Of a DNA stretch of 64,000 bases, positions 20,806 to 31,235 are shown piece by piece. The stretch spans positions 928,001-992,000 of the forward strand of contig CM000436.1 in the NCBI GenBank assembly GCA_000165345.1, read 5' to 3'. The position numbers and the translations under genes were made by a program. Within the stretch, counting starts at the first letter, position 1; every line of letters starts with the position of its first letter. The notes under the pieces are model-generated. The model searched no databases. It was not told the DNA's origin and saw only the letters and a list, made by a program, of their open reading frames with translations.

Positions 20806-23800
20806 TTAATTTGATTTTTTTGGATTTACAGGAGATGATTGTGAAATGTGTATTACTTTTTGATCGCTAATAGGGCTGGAAAAACAGCCGTGTTTAACAT
20901 TACGCTTATTATTTGCATTATTATCAAATTCTCCAAAATCTTGTTCCTCATCATCGCTTATAGCATTATTCAGAAAGTCAAAGTCGTTCCTTTCTCCTAA
21001 TAAATTATACTCCCTCTTATTTCTGTAACTAGAAGTGAATTTAGAAACCAAATAACCAATCAAATTCTTCAGGAGCGTATAGATAGGAGAATGTAAAATT
21101 GCTATTGAGCACGCAATTACAATGATTAGGAATAGCAACATTTTTCTTGTAGATCTTTTTGAATCAAGGATTTTTTGTAGTGACTCTTTTTCAGAAATTT
21201 CAAACTCGGAGTTGCCAACGTTAGTTGGATCAATTTGGTGATATGTCACTTTTCTATCTAACTTATTAGTATCTGATTCGTGAGCAGAGCTGTGAAAATA
21301 CTCTCGATTAGAAGACACACTGAATGGATTGTCGAGTAGTTTTACTGTTTGAAGAGAATCTTTTTCAATAAAGTTTTGACCTCTAATATTTGATGATTGG
21401 GATTGTCTATTATTTTGCTTAAAAACATTCCAATCTCCATCCCAAACTACATTACCCCATCCTACCGAGTTCGCCTTATAACCCGATACTTCAATCAAGA
21501 ATTTGTTTTTGGTCTCTAAATATACGGGTATCCATGGCGCAACCTTATAAAATGAAGCAGAATTCTTGGGAGACATGCTATTAGTATCAATTACAAGAAA
21601 TCCACGTTTAGAGAATTGCTCCTGACTTTCTGAAAAGATTTTCGAAAATTCATGATAACTATATGATAGTGAAACTGTATACCCAGCATCAAAAATATGT
21701 AAATTATAAGGATATACACGTTCTTCTGGACCACTTTCCGACTTTCCAATGATGTAAATCGATTTGGAAATTCTTTTGGGAGCTTTCCTATCCATTAGAG
21801 GTGTAGACAATCGAATTGTCAGATGAAGGTTTTGCCCTGCTATGATTGGTACTGAAGGATCTGGCGTGATAGAAACAATGAGTGGGTAGTTCTTTGAAAT
21901 ATTATGACTAATTGGAATTAGTGAAATTCCTAACATAATTGGTACGCTTTTAAGGTTAAAAGGAGGGAGGCTTCTAATAGAGCATTCCAAAAGATGCTTT
22001 TGAGCCGTGAGAATAACCGTAATTCTTTCCATTGCGTATAAAGGTGTAGAAATGTTTCCATTAAAATGCAGTAGACTGGACTTAATTAATTCAACTTCTG
22101 AAGATGTTTCTTTATCATTTTCATCATTCTGAGAGTAATCTGGTTCGGAATAAAGTGTTAATTTAGATGATACAAGAAGAGGATTGTAATATAAGTCTGC
22201 AATTAGCAAGGCCTGACCAGGAGAGATCTTTTTTAAGTCGAATAGAAGGTCAGTTTCAAACTCATTCGAATTTAAAGAAAGTACAACATTTGATGGGGGA
22301 AGATGTATATATTGAGGTAGAGTGTTTGTTGAAAGAGCACTACTCAATTTGCTTTGCACTGAGCTAAACCATGCATCTGCATATGTGCTAAATGGAGGAG
22401 GATTTAGAAACTTAATATCTTTATTTTGTGGAGAAACTGTATGCATAATAATGTCAAATGCCATACATGGAATCCTGTTATTTATTGAATCAAGTTTGTG
22501 AGTGAAGGTCATCCAAAAAGGAATGTTTAAGGCTCCTGCATGCTCGCTTCCAATAATATCAATATCGATCTTAAAAACCTTCTCAACGGAATTCAGGAGT
22601 GAATCCACATTAGTGTATATAGGATTTATTGGTGTAGAGTTTATTTTAGTGAACAAAACTTCGAGCATATTCGGAGACTCAGAAATATCAAAGTTTACAG
22701 GACTCAATGAGAGTCTTAAGAATGTAGGAAATAATTTTTTGTTAAGTTCAAGGAACACTTTCTTCCTACCATTGTGAATATCTGTAAGTGTGATTCTTGA
22801 TCTAAAAATAAACATTGGCTTATTTGTATCCAATGGGCCACCAAATACTGTGCTTCCACCCTGTATACTCGTTAAATCGAGTGGCAATGGCACTCCATTA
22901 GGTATGTGACACTTAGAATTGATATTTGACTGAGATAAGGCTTTATTTTTGCTTTTATCTAAGTCTAATGAATTATCAATTACCATAGAAGATTCTATAG
23001 CTGTCTCTGAGCCATCAATTGGTGATACTTCAACGAAAATTGAAAATAATAATATTTCATGCTCTTCATAGCTTGAAAATGAATTTAGCGACTCTATTCG
23101 AAGTATATATTGGCCTTTCGTGAGTTCCACTTCCAAATAGCTCTGAGTTCCTCTTTGTTCTGCTACCCAAAATCCTTCAGGGACAATTATTCCAATCCTA
23201 TAAAATGAATAAAGAAAATCAGAGTGAGTCTGTAGGTAAACTATTGAAGATGATGCCACATTTAATTTCAAATCATGAATACTACTTGAAAAGGTTGAAA
23301 GTTTACTTCTAGTCATAATTTGTCCTTGGCAGATATTAATTATTCCAGAGTTAAAGTAAGGACTATTCTCTTCATTTAGACTGATCTTAAAATCCTCCAG
23401 ATAATAATGGCATTTCTGTTTTGGTCCAAACATTTCCTTTTCAGTCATTTTTGATATTCCTTTTTCTACAGATTCTGTAATACCTCTAATCCTTCCGGTA
23501 CCAACCACTCCAACACTTTCATATCTTTCTAGTTCAATGTTAAAACCTTTCGAGAGAGATAGATTTTTTCTGAAGAAATTTTCATAATCTACAGGATTGA
23601 ACTTAATCAACCCAAAAGTAATTAAATAAGGCATATTATTTGGAGCAGGTGAAAATTGAATCTCATATTCACCGGATGAAAGTAGTGCTAAAGTATCTCC
23701 ATACTTTCCAGACATAAAAATTGGATGGCTCTTTATTTCTTTATTATCTTCTTTAGTTTTAAATATTGTCACATAAAATTCATATCCTGAAATAAGTGTT

Positions 23801-26800
23801 GGTTCGGAAAGGATTCTAAGCAAGTGAGTTTCGTTTTCAGGAACTTTCAGTTTAGTCATTTTTGTTTCTTTTAAGTTAAACATTATAGTACTCACAAACC
23901 CTCTGTGAGACTCTGATAAGAATCTAATTCGATTAAGTGAATCTGGTAATTCTTGGAAAGGAAGTATATCAGGAATACTAATAAGCTCCTGCCTCAAAGA
24001 AAATAGTCTATTCTTCAAAGTAGGCTTGATAGACCCACTTATTTTAAGTAATGCAGATCTTCCCATTGTTAATCTTGTGAACTGATTTTTAGATTGAATT
24101 AATAGCTTATACTTTCCTTCCTTAATGCTTGGGAAAGAATACTCAATTTTGTTTCCAGTATGTATAATATTATTATATTTAACAAAATTATGTCTTGATT
24201 TCTTTTCAGGGTTTGTTTCGCTTCCCTCAAAAAGTCGAACTGTAATAGGTATCCATGCAGGATAAACTTCAAGAATCAGATTTAAACTAATTTCCTCCAA
24301 ATCTGAACTTAAAGGCATTGAAATTTGCATGAAAGGAGAGAACCAAAAGACCATTTCTCGTATCTCAAATAAATCTCTTCTATGAACCAAATTCCTATCA
24401 TGTTTATTCAAATCTTGATTCGGAATAGAAATCATGTTCTTTGAAAGGTCAAAAATTAGTGAGCTTTCTGGAAGCATCTTTCTTAAATAGTCTTGGGAGA
24501 TTGAAAATAGTTCAGTATGACTCCATTCTGATGCTTGTTTTGATTGAGAACCTTTTTTTTCCGTAACATACTTGTAAAGCTCAGGTAGTACCAATGGAGG
24601 GAATATAGGAAGATCCTCAATTGAAATAATTGACAAATGTAGGCGAAATGTGGGGCATCCACCTTCTTCAAGTTTCTCATCTACTCCTTCTTCAAGAATG
24701 TCAAACTCAAATATAAGATCATGAGTACCTTTATTAAATTCAGCAAAAAATGAGGTTGGATCATTTGGGCCAATTTTTGTTAGATTTTTTTTTTTAGCTG
24801 AAATTATTACTAGTCCAGGATAATTTGTAATGGAAGCTTTTAAAACACTTGAATGAGAGAGATTAAGAGTAATAGAATATGACGCAGATGTTCCCTTAAG
24901 AAAGTGTTCAGATTCATGAATGTTAGTGCCTTCTAATTCGTATTCCTCAAGAGGAACTAAGTACGTTCCATCTAGTATGAATTCTTCTCCTTTTAAGTAA
25001 TGAGTTAGGTCTATCTCTTGTGGAAGCGTCATTTGAAATACTTGGCACTTAATGAACTGGTTTTCTTCAGAATTAATTTCTTCGTAAATATCATTGGAAG
25101 ATTTGTAGTTATTACTACTAGATCCTGTCTCTAATCCACTAAAATTTAACAGTTGAACTAGAGAAATTTTACTATCAAATTTGATGCATTCCAATTCATA
25201 AATGTCAAAGTTATCTGGGATAGCTGAAAAAATTTGTAATTTATAAGTTCCAGCGACTAATGGCCCAACTGATGAAAAGAAGTTGTGAATATTATGTGGA
25301 GTTAGTGTCATCCATATTTTCTCATTGAATAAGACATTAATGAATACCAGTGAAAGAGGATGCTCAGGAATTTGTATTTGAATTGACAAATAAGTTGGAG
25401 ACATATCCTTTACACGAAATTCTTGTGTATGTATTTTTGAGATACCTAAAACTGTGGAACTAATTGACAAAGTAGAGATATCAGGAGTAATATAGTTCCT
25501 TTTTAATTTATTATTTGGGTTCGGGGATATCTGCAACTTAAAGTCGTGCGCATTAATTGGATGTGAGCAACCACTGGTATTAGATGAAACAGGGAATATT
25601 TCAAGAAGAAAATGAAATGGAGTGCAAAGAGAAACAGAATTCTGGGTTTCACTGATCTTGTAGCTGTGAATGTGCAGATAGTAATCTCCTGGCTCGTTAA
25701 TTTTGCAATATATAAGATTCATTTCCTTTGAGGTTACCCCAATATGGTTCAGGTTTTTTGAAGTGCAGAGAGTAGGTTTAGTGGTATAGCCAGTGGAATC
25801 GTTTGAATCAAAGATATCGTCGGAGAAAAATTCAAGATCTTCATCTTCTTCTGAGATCTCAGGTGACCTTGATAGGACTATGGCTATATCAGAGTGATCA
25901 TGATAGGATAATAAATAAAGTATGCTAGGCCTAGAAATTTTGATATTAATAGCATGGTTGGTATGAAATGTTAAGGACGCGAATGGTCCCTGTAAATTAA
26001 TTTTTGGGCCAAACAATAGGTAGCTTGACGAAATAGCATTGGGCTTTCTCAAATCTTGAAACTTTTCAGCATATAGCCCATCTTGTACAATTGTTGTTGG
26101 TAATTTTGGTAGATTACAGACATTTTGGCTGGAAAGAATCTCGTCAGAAAGCTTTTCTGAATGTGTTTGGAAAGAAACTGCTATCTTAAGATCAAATCTT
26201 GCAAAGCGAGGAATGTGTTCCATCCAAGGCGCAATAACTACAATTCGAAATGACTTCTGAGATATGTTTTCCTTAAACAGCTGGCCATTGTAAATTGGAG
26301 TTCCAAAAAATACCCTGCTACGAAGACTTTCGCTAACTTGATGACTCTCTAATTCGCGATGAGCCTGCTCAACTCTTAAAGGTTCAATAACTAATTGTAA
26401 TGGCATTCTAGAAAATTTAAAACCAAGCTCAATGTACAAATTAAGCAGCTTTTCTTCTTTTGACCTTGAGGATGGAATAACAAAAAGTTTTGACCATAAA
26501 ATAGTAGCTTTGTAAAGCTTACTTGAATAGTTTATTCCTAATGGGGTTGTTCTTACCACAAAAGAATCATCAATTTGATTTATGAATTCGTATTTCTCAT
26601 CTGAGCTCAAATTAATAAGAGGCTTTTTAAAAGGATCATTGAGAGATAATGAGCTAATTGAATTTATAATATCAGGAGTAGTTAGACCAAATTCAAAATT
26701 GATTGGTGAGCAATACGAATTATCAATTTTCTCTAAATCATCTTCATTTTTGACAAAATTAGAACCGATCACTATTAAATATTGAGATGGAATTAACTTG

Positions 26801-27177
26801 GTCCTTAAAAAAAGCCTCGTATTATTTCCTGCTACTCCCCATGTTAAGTTTGCCTCAGCAACTAATTTCTCATTATTTGCTTGAGTAATTTGCAAATAGG
26901 AAAAGTCTAAATCACTGTCAAAAGACCTCTCTAAAGATACAGAAATCACACTTTCATATCTAATATTTAAAATAATCTTATTTTCTGGTTCATGACGAAT
27001 TCCTCTAGTTTCAGAATAATACAATTCATGATTTCCATATCCAAGGCCATCAATAAATTCCGGAATTAATTGATATTTACAATTGAGAGTAGATCTTGAG
27101 ACTGTTGCTTTAGACGGCTCGGTAGCAAGCAGAATACATAGAATAGTGTAAATCTGTAATATTTTAAGAATTCTCAT
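20806..27177 (-). CDS. giant type-I membrane protein (signal peptide, about 2040-aa ectodomain, single TM, acidic cytoplasmic tail), 2123 aa
   Basis: ATG at 27177. The N-terminus MRILKILQIYTILCILLATEPSKA is signal-peptide-like. The near-C-terminal LLFLIIVIACSIAILHSPIYTLL TM segment is followed by an acidic tail (DDEEQDFGEFDNN). Many N-x-S/T sites. No stop across 6.4 kb in AT-rich DNA. Confidence 0.7.
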   Translation of the reverse strand: MRILKILQIYTILCILLATEPSKATVSRSTLNCKYQLIPEFIDGLGYGNHELYYSETRGIRHEPENKIILNIRYESVISVSLERSFDSDLDFSYLQITQANNEKLVAEANLTWGVAGNNTRLFLRTKLIPSQYLIVIGSNFVKNEDDLEKIDNSYCSPINFEFGLTTPDIINSISSLSLNDPFKKPLINLSSDEKYEFINQIDDSFVVRTTPLGINYSSKLYKATILWSKLFVIPSSRSKEEKLLNLYIELGFKFSRMPLQLVIEPLRVEQAHRELESHQVSESLRSRVFFGTPIYNGQLFKENISQKSFRIVVIAPWMEHIPRFARFDLKIAVSFQTHSEKLSDEILSSQNVCNLPKLPTTIVQDGLYAEKFQDLRKPNAISSSYLLFGPKINLQGPFASLTFHTNHAINIKISRPSILYLLSYHDHSDIAIVLSRSPEISEEDEDLEFFSDDIFDSNDSTGYTTKPTLCTSKNLNHIGVTSKEMNLIYCKINEPGDYYLHIHSYKISETQNSVSLCTPFHFLLEIFPVSSNTSGCSHPINAHDFKLQISPNPNNKLKRNYITPDISTLSISSTVLGISKIHTQEFRVKDMSPTYLSIQIQIPEHPLSLVFINVLFNEKIWMTLTPHNIHNFFSSVGPLVAGTYKLQIFSAIPDNFDIYELECIKFDSKISLVQLLNFSGLETGSSSNNYKSSNDIYEEINSEENQFIKCQVFQMTLPQEIDLTHYLKGEEFILDGTYLVPLEEYELEGTNIHESEHFLKGTSASYSITLNLSHSSVLKASITNYPGLVIISAKKKNLTKIGPNDPTSFFAEFNKGTHDLIFEFDILEEGVDEKLEEGGCPTFRLHLSIISIEDLPIFPPLVLPELYKYVTEKKGSQSKQASEWSHTELFSISQDYLRKMLPESSLIFDLSKNMISIPNQDLNKHDRNLVHRRDLFEIREMVFWFSPFMQISMPLSSDLEEISLNLILEVYPAWIPITVRLFEGSETNPEKKSRHNFVKYNNIIHTGNKIEYSFPSIKEGKYKLLIQSKNQFTRLTMGRSALLKISGSIKPTLKNRLFSLRQELISIPDILPFQELPDSLNRIRFLSESHRGFVSTIMFNLKETKMTKLKVPENETHLLRILSEPTLISGYEFYVTIFKTKEDNKEIKSHPIFMSGKYGDTLALLSSGEYEIQFSPAPNNMPYLITFGLIKFNPVDYENFFRKNLSLSKGFNIELERYESVGVVGTGRIRGITESVEKGISKMTEKEMFGPKQKCHYYLEDFKISLNEENSPYFNSGIINICQGQIMTRSKLSTFSSSIHDLKLNVASSSIVYLQTHSDFLYSFYRIGIIVPEGFWVAEQRGTQSYLEVELTKGQYILRIESLNSFSSYEEHEILLFSIFVEVSPIDGSETAIESSMVIDNSLDLDKSKNKALSQSNINSKCHIPNGVPLPLDLTSIQGGSTVFGGPLDTNKPMFIFRSRITLTDIHNGRKKVFLELNKKLFPTFLRLSLSPVNFDISESPNMLEVLFTKINSTPINPIYTNVDSLLNSVEKVFKIDIDIIGSEHAGALNIPFWMTFTHKLDSINNRIPCMAFDIIMHTVSPQNKDIKFLNPPPFSTYADAWFSSVQSKLSSALSTNTLPQYIHLPPSNVVLSLNSNEFETDLLFDLKKISPGQALLIADLYYNPLLVSSKLTLYSEPDYSQNDENDKETSSEVELIKSSLLHFNGNISTPLYAMERITVILTAQKHLLECSIRSLPPFNLKSVPIMLGISLIPISHNISKNYPLIVSITPDPSVPIIAGQNLHLTIRLSTPLMDRKAPKRISKSIYIIGKSESGPEERVYPYNLHIFDAGYTVSLSYSYHEFSKIFSESQEQFSKRGFLVIDTNSMSPKNSASFYKVAPWIPVYLETKNKFLIEVSGYKANSVGWGNVVWDGDWNVFKQNNRQSQSSNIRGQNFIEKDSLQTVKLLDNPFSVSSNREYFHSSAHESDTNKLDRKVTYHQIDPTNVGNSEFEISEKESLQKILDSKRSTRKMLLFLIIVIACSIAILHSPIYTLLKNLIGYLVSKFTSSYRNKREYNLLGERNDFDFLNNAISDDEEQDFGEFDNNANNKRNVKHGCFSSPISDQKVIHISQSSPVNPKKSN

Positions 27178-27475
27178 TCACACATAATATTATTGCGTAA
27201 TTGAGAATAATCTTAATGCTAGCTAGTTTCGATTTAAGGTGACTTTTCATATAATAAAAATATTACAAATATTATGGCTCCCGCCTTATGCCATTTAATT
27301 GTTTCACTGAAAAATTTTTAACCGGTATAGGAAATGTAGGCGGCAAAAGTCTAGTAGACTGTATTTTATAGTAAATAATAGCTTAAGTTACAAAAATACT
27401 ATAAATTACGTATTTTGGGTTATTGAACTATAAAAATAATTAGGTTATGTACTACTGATAATTATGGTAGATTGT

Positions 27476-27500
27476 AAATGGGGGGAGGGGAAAAGGAGGG
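27476..27500. promoter_or_regulatory. G-box-like element AAATGGGGGGAGGGGAAAAGGAGGG upstream of the DnaJ gene
   Basis: Striking purine/G-run in an AT-rich intergenic region, 140 bp upstream of the ATG at 27636. G-box motifs are a second over-represented upstream class in Cryptosporidium. Confidence 0.45.
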
Positions 27501-27635
27501 TTAAATAAAATTAAATTTGTGACGTTTACAAGAGCAGTAAATTTTACAAGAACTGGGAAAATAAATTAGCTCTAAATTCTGAGAAGAAATAATCCAACTA
27601 TTTAGAGAGTATTCAAGAGTGTCTATATAGTAAAA

Positions 27636-28910
27636 ATGTTTTTCTCTTCGATGCCATTTGATATGGGTGGAGGATTTGATGGAAGAATGGGTGGAAGGAT
27701 GTCTCGCGAGGTTGATAACAAGAAATTATATGAGATCCTAGAAGTCAGCCAAGAGGCAACTTTAAGCGAGATTAAAAAGGCTTATCGTCGCCTTGCAATT
27801 AAACATCATCCTGATAAGGGTGGAGACCAGGAAAAATTTAAGGAGGTTAGCAGAGCATACGAAGTACTTAGCGATCCAGAAAAGAGAAAGATATACGATG
27901 AATACGGTGAGGAAGGATTAGAGGGAGGAGGAGGAGGAGCAGATCCAGTTGACTTATTTGATGTAATTTTCGGAGGTGGAAGACGCGCAGGCAGTAGAGG
28001 AGGTGGAAAGAGACGTGGCGAAGATTTGGTAACTCACCTCAAGGTCACTTTGGAACAGATTTACAACGGAGCAGTAAGAAAGATGGCAATAAATAAAGAT
28101 ACTATCTGTGCAGATTGTGAAGGTGTTGGTGGGCCGAAAGATGCCATCCAGTATTGTGAGCTTTGCCAAGGTCAAGGTGTCAGAGTGCAAATTAGACAAA
28201 TTGGACCAATGGTTCAACAAACTCAGTCTCCTTGTAATCCTTGTAAAGGAACTGGTAAGACCATTCCAGTTACCAAGCAATGCAAGAAATGCAGCGGTAG
28301 CGGATCTGTGAAAGAACGAAAAGTTTTAGAGGTCAACATCGACAAGGGTATTCCAAATCATCATAAGGTTACTTTTCATGGAGAAGCAGACGAAAAGCAG
28401 GGCGAAATCCCAGGAGATGTAGTTTTTGTTCTAGATGAACAAGAACATTCTGTATTCAAAAGGAAAGGCGGTGATTTATTTATTGAAAAGGATATCACTC
28501 TTGTCGAGGCTTTGACCGGTTTCAAATTTATCATTACTCATTTGGATGGTAGGAAACTCCTTGTTAAGTCAAATCCTGGAGATATTACTAAGCCAAGTGA
28601 CATAAAGTGCGTAAACAATGAGGGAATGCCAACTTACAAGAATCCATTTGTTAAGGGCCATTTGTTTGTTATTATTAACATTATTTTCCCAGATAAGCTT
28701 GACAGCAAAACTCAAGATCTTGTCAAGACATTGCTTCCTGCTCCAAAAGCATTAAATGTTGATGAAGATGACCCATCAATTGAAATTCATTATACAAGTA
28801 ATACCAAGCCATCTGAGGTCAAAGACCGCATCCAAAAAGAGGCGTATCAAGAAGATGATGAGGATGGGCATCACGGAGGTGCTGAAAGAGTATCTTGCCG
28901 TCAACAATAA
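27636..28910 (+). CDS. type-I DnaJ/Hsp40 (Ydj1/DNAJA-like): J domain, G/F region, 4 CxxCxGxG zinc-finger repeats, C-terminal CaaX (CRQQ)
   Basis: J domain: [35 protein letters not shown]. Zinc-finger repeats: [33 protein letters not shown]. The Cys four residues from the end suggests farnesylation. Confidence 0.9.
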   Translation: MFFSSMPFDMGGGFDGRMGGRMSREVDNKKLYEILEVSQEATLSEIKKAYRRLAIKHHPDKGGDQEKFKEVSRAYEVLSDPEKRKIYDEYGEEGLEGGGGGADPVDLFDVIFGGGRRAGSRGGGKRRGEDLVTHLKVTLEQIYNGAVRKMAINKDTICADCEGVGGPKDAIQYCELCQGQGVRVQIRQIGPMVQQTQSPCNPCKGTGKTIPVTKQCKKCSGSGSVKERKVLEVNIDKGIPNHHKVTFHGEADEKQGEIPGDVVFVLDEQEHSVFKRKGGDLFIEKDITLVEALTGFKFIITHLDGRKLLVKSNPGDITKPSDIKCVNNEGMPTYKNPFVKGHLFVIINIIFPDKLDSKTQDLVKTLLPAPKALNVDEDDPSIEIHYTSNTKPSEVKDRIQKEAYQEDDEDGHHGGAERVSCRQQ

Positions 28911-29188
28911 ACTGATACACTCAAGTAAGATATGCTAGTTCTTTACTTGAATCTTGGTCATTGGTACTTGTTATTTGAGCATTGATATATACTTCTAGTT
29001 GGAAAGATTGAATATTGTTGATCTTTACTTTTACTAAGAGATCTTCTGATTTTTTCCTTTATTTTTTAGAAACTATTTTTCTTCAAAGCTATTATCTTGT
29101 TTCTTTTACCTTTCTTTTTCTCGGCGTCCTCATATTTTATTTGTTTAGGAGTCTTTAGAATGAGTGCATGCAGCATAAATAAACGGTA

Positions 29189-29229
29189 CTGGCGCCCATA
29201 GAAAAGTATATATAGCAATGGCGCCAATA
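29189..29229. promoter_or_regulatory. pair of GGCGCC sites (CTGGCGCCCA ... AATGGCGCCAAT) upstream of the Bet1-like SNARE gene
   Basis: Two sites 20 bp apart, about 180-215 bp upstream of the ATG at 29406. Confidence 0.5.
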
Positions 29230-29405
29230 TATTTATAGATAATTTTTAATGAATGAAGATCAGTTCTAAATATAAACAAGAATAATCAAAGGTAAGAGTT
29301 GTGGGAAATAAATTGCAAAACAATTGACAGGGCACATATACAACAGCACATTTATAACTCGTATTTTGTGGCAAATTTGTGGTCTTCGTGTTTAAAGAGT
29401 AATTT

Positions 29406-29849
29406 ATGGAAAGGTATGCGCCGATAAAAGAGTGGGAGAAAGAATCGTTTAGTGCCTCTGGTTCTAACAAAAACAATGTAGCAAAACAGACAAGAATTAA
29501 GGAAAATAAAAGATACAGCAGGGTGGAAAGTGACTATGACTTTGAGTCAGGATTAAACAACTGGACGCAGGACGACAACTTTACGAGACCAGCAAATACA
29601 GACAGTAGCATAAATATTCTAGAAAATGCGGTTTCACAGTTGAAGTCAGTGGGCTACGGAATCCAGTCAGAAATAAATTTACATTTGGATATGTTGAATG
29701 AGATGAACTTGAACATGGATTCTACAAATAGAAGAATCCGAATTTCTCAAAAGATCCTTAATAGATTATTAGAAATGGCAAGTACAATGACATTAACCAT
29801 TATTGCATTCTTACTGTTCATATTATTAATCTTGCAGTGGGTTTTATAG
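29406..29849 (+). CDS. tail-anchored Qc/Bet1-like SNARE (candidate), 147 aa
   Basis: About 60-aa heptad region (ILENAVSQLKSVGYGIQSEINLHLDMLNEMNLNMDSTNRRI) immediately before a C-terminal TM (TLTIIAFLLFILLILQWVL). This size and architecture fit the Bet1/Sft1 family. Confidence 0.5.
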   Translation: MERYAPIKEWEKESFSASGSNKNNVAKQTRIKENKRYSRVESDYDFESGLNNWTQDDNFTRPANTDSSINILENAVSQLKSVGYGIQSEINLHLDMLNEMNLNMDSTNRRIRISQKILNRLLEMASTMTLTIIAFLLFILLILQWVL

Positions 29850-29897
29850 CGATACTTTAAAATATTTTCTGTGTGAAATATAAATGACAATGCTATA

Positions 29898-30854
29898 TTA
29901 ATGCAAAGGAGGCAATACAGGCTCTCTGAATGAATTTACATCAGAAGCAGTTCCATGATACTTTTTTTCAAGTTGGTTCGGGTTTATCCACTTCAGAAGC
30001 TCGGATTTATAATCTGAGGTACATAATGTTATTTTATCTCTAGTAGACTGGGGTAAAACCAAACTAATTGCTTGCCATAATCCCCAAAATATGATTGGAG
30101 CGTTGATAAACGACATCTGGGCGAGATAACCTCTGTAGTTCCTTTGGAGATTTGTTGCAATATCCTTGAGAAGTGAAATAGGCGCATTGTAAAAAGTTAC
30201 ATCTTGGAGATCCATGATAACTCTCCACTGCTCAACTCTGTTCCATGCTAGCATATTTGTTATTACAAACTCGAACCAATAATAAACTACATGAATTATA
30301 TTGTCAGGTTCTTCCCCATCTAAAAAAGCTTTAGCTCTAAAAACTATGATTGGTCTTAACAATTTGTCTCTTCCATGAATATAACAGTACCCATTCCTTA
30401 GTAGCTTCTCTAATTTATTCCTATCTTCAATCATTCTAAAGTTTTGTCTCCACCTAACGTGACGCTTAATATCATCCCATGCTTTTACGAAATCGTACTC
30501 ATTACCTTGTAAGTACCTTAATAAAAGATGATTATCACAAAAAGCGGTATTTTTTAATGAAACATGCCTAGACTTGAGATATGTATGCATTTCTCTAATC
30601 TTTCCTTCCTCAAATTCATCCAAAGGAAGATCTCCGAAAATATATCTCATCCCATTCTCTCCAAATCCATGTCTAATGGCATCTATTGGAGGATTAAAGT
30701 TTACCACTTCTAATGGTCTATATTTCGTCACTGTTAAATCTTTCTCTCTTCCATTTCTATATTTTGCCAAACGGTCTTCTTTAATAGTATGCCCATGGTG
30801 AGTCGGGCTATTAGAATGTGGGGTTTGATGCTTTGGAGATGGAGAGTTCGTCAT
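29898..30854 (-). CDS. Sec14/CRAL-TRIO lipid-transfer protein, about 319 aa
   Basis: ORF-track start 30905 is GTG. The first ATG is at 30854 (MTNSPSP). The CRAL-TRIO core (LLRYLQGNEYDFVKAWDD..YIHGRDKLLRPIIVF..WRVIMDLQDV..GYLAQMSFINAPIIFWGLWQAISLVLPQSTRDKI) is present. Confidence 0.8.
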   Translation of the reverse strand: MTNSPSPKHQTPHSNSPTHHGHTIKEDRLAKYRNGREKDLTVTKYRPLEVVNFNPPIDAIRHGFGENGMRYIFGDLPLDEFEEGKIREMHTYLKSRHVSLKNTAFCDNHLLLRYLQGNEYDFVKAWDDIKRHVRWRQNFRMIEDRNKLEKLLRNGYCYIHGRDKLLRPIIVFRAKAFLDGEEPDNIIHVVYYWFEFVITNMLAWNRVEQWRVIMDLQDVTFYNAPISLLKDIATNLQRNYRGYLAQMSFINAPIIFWGLWQAISLVLPQSTRDKITLCTSDYKSELLKWINPNQLEKKYHGTASDVNSFREPVLPPLH

Positions 30855-31102
30855 TATATATAATTTCCCTACTCTAATTACCTTTGTCTTGCTGGTTCCT
30901 GACACTTAATATCGTCTCTTTTCCACACCTTCTTTTATCTTTAATTAATTTAAATTATCACTGATTTAATTTCCATCCAGTTTGAATTTTATTTAAAGTT
31001 CAAATATAATTTATATTTTGTCTAAAAATAATTAGGCCAAAATTTGTGAGCATTTGGCGGTAAAAACATGCGACTCAAGCTGGTATGGAACTTTGGAACA
31101 TG

Positions 31103-31133
<31 letters not shown>

Positions 31134-31235
31134 CTGAATTTTAAGAGTAGATTAAATATATAAATTAAATATAAACTACTGTAAAATATAATATGAAGCT
31201 ACCTTTTATAATTATTTAAGGAATTAGGCAATAAT

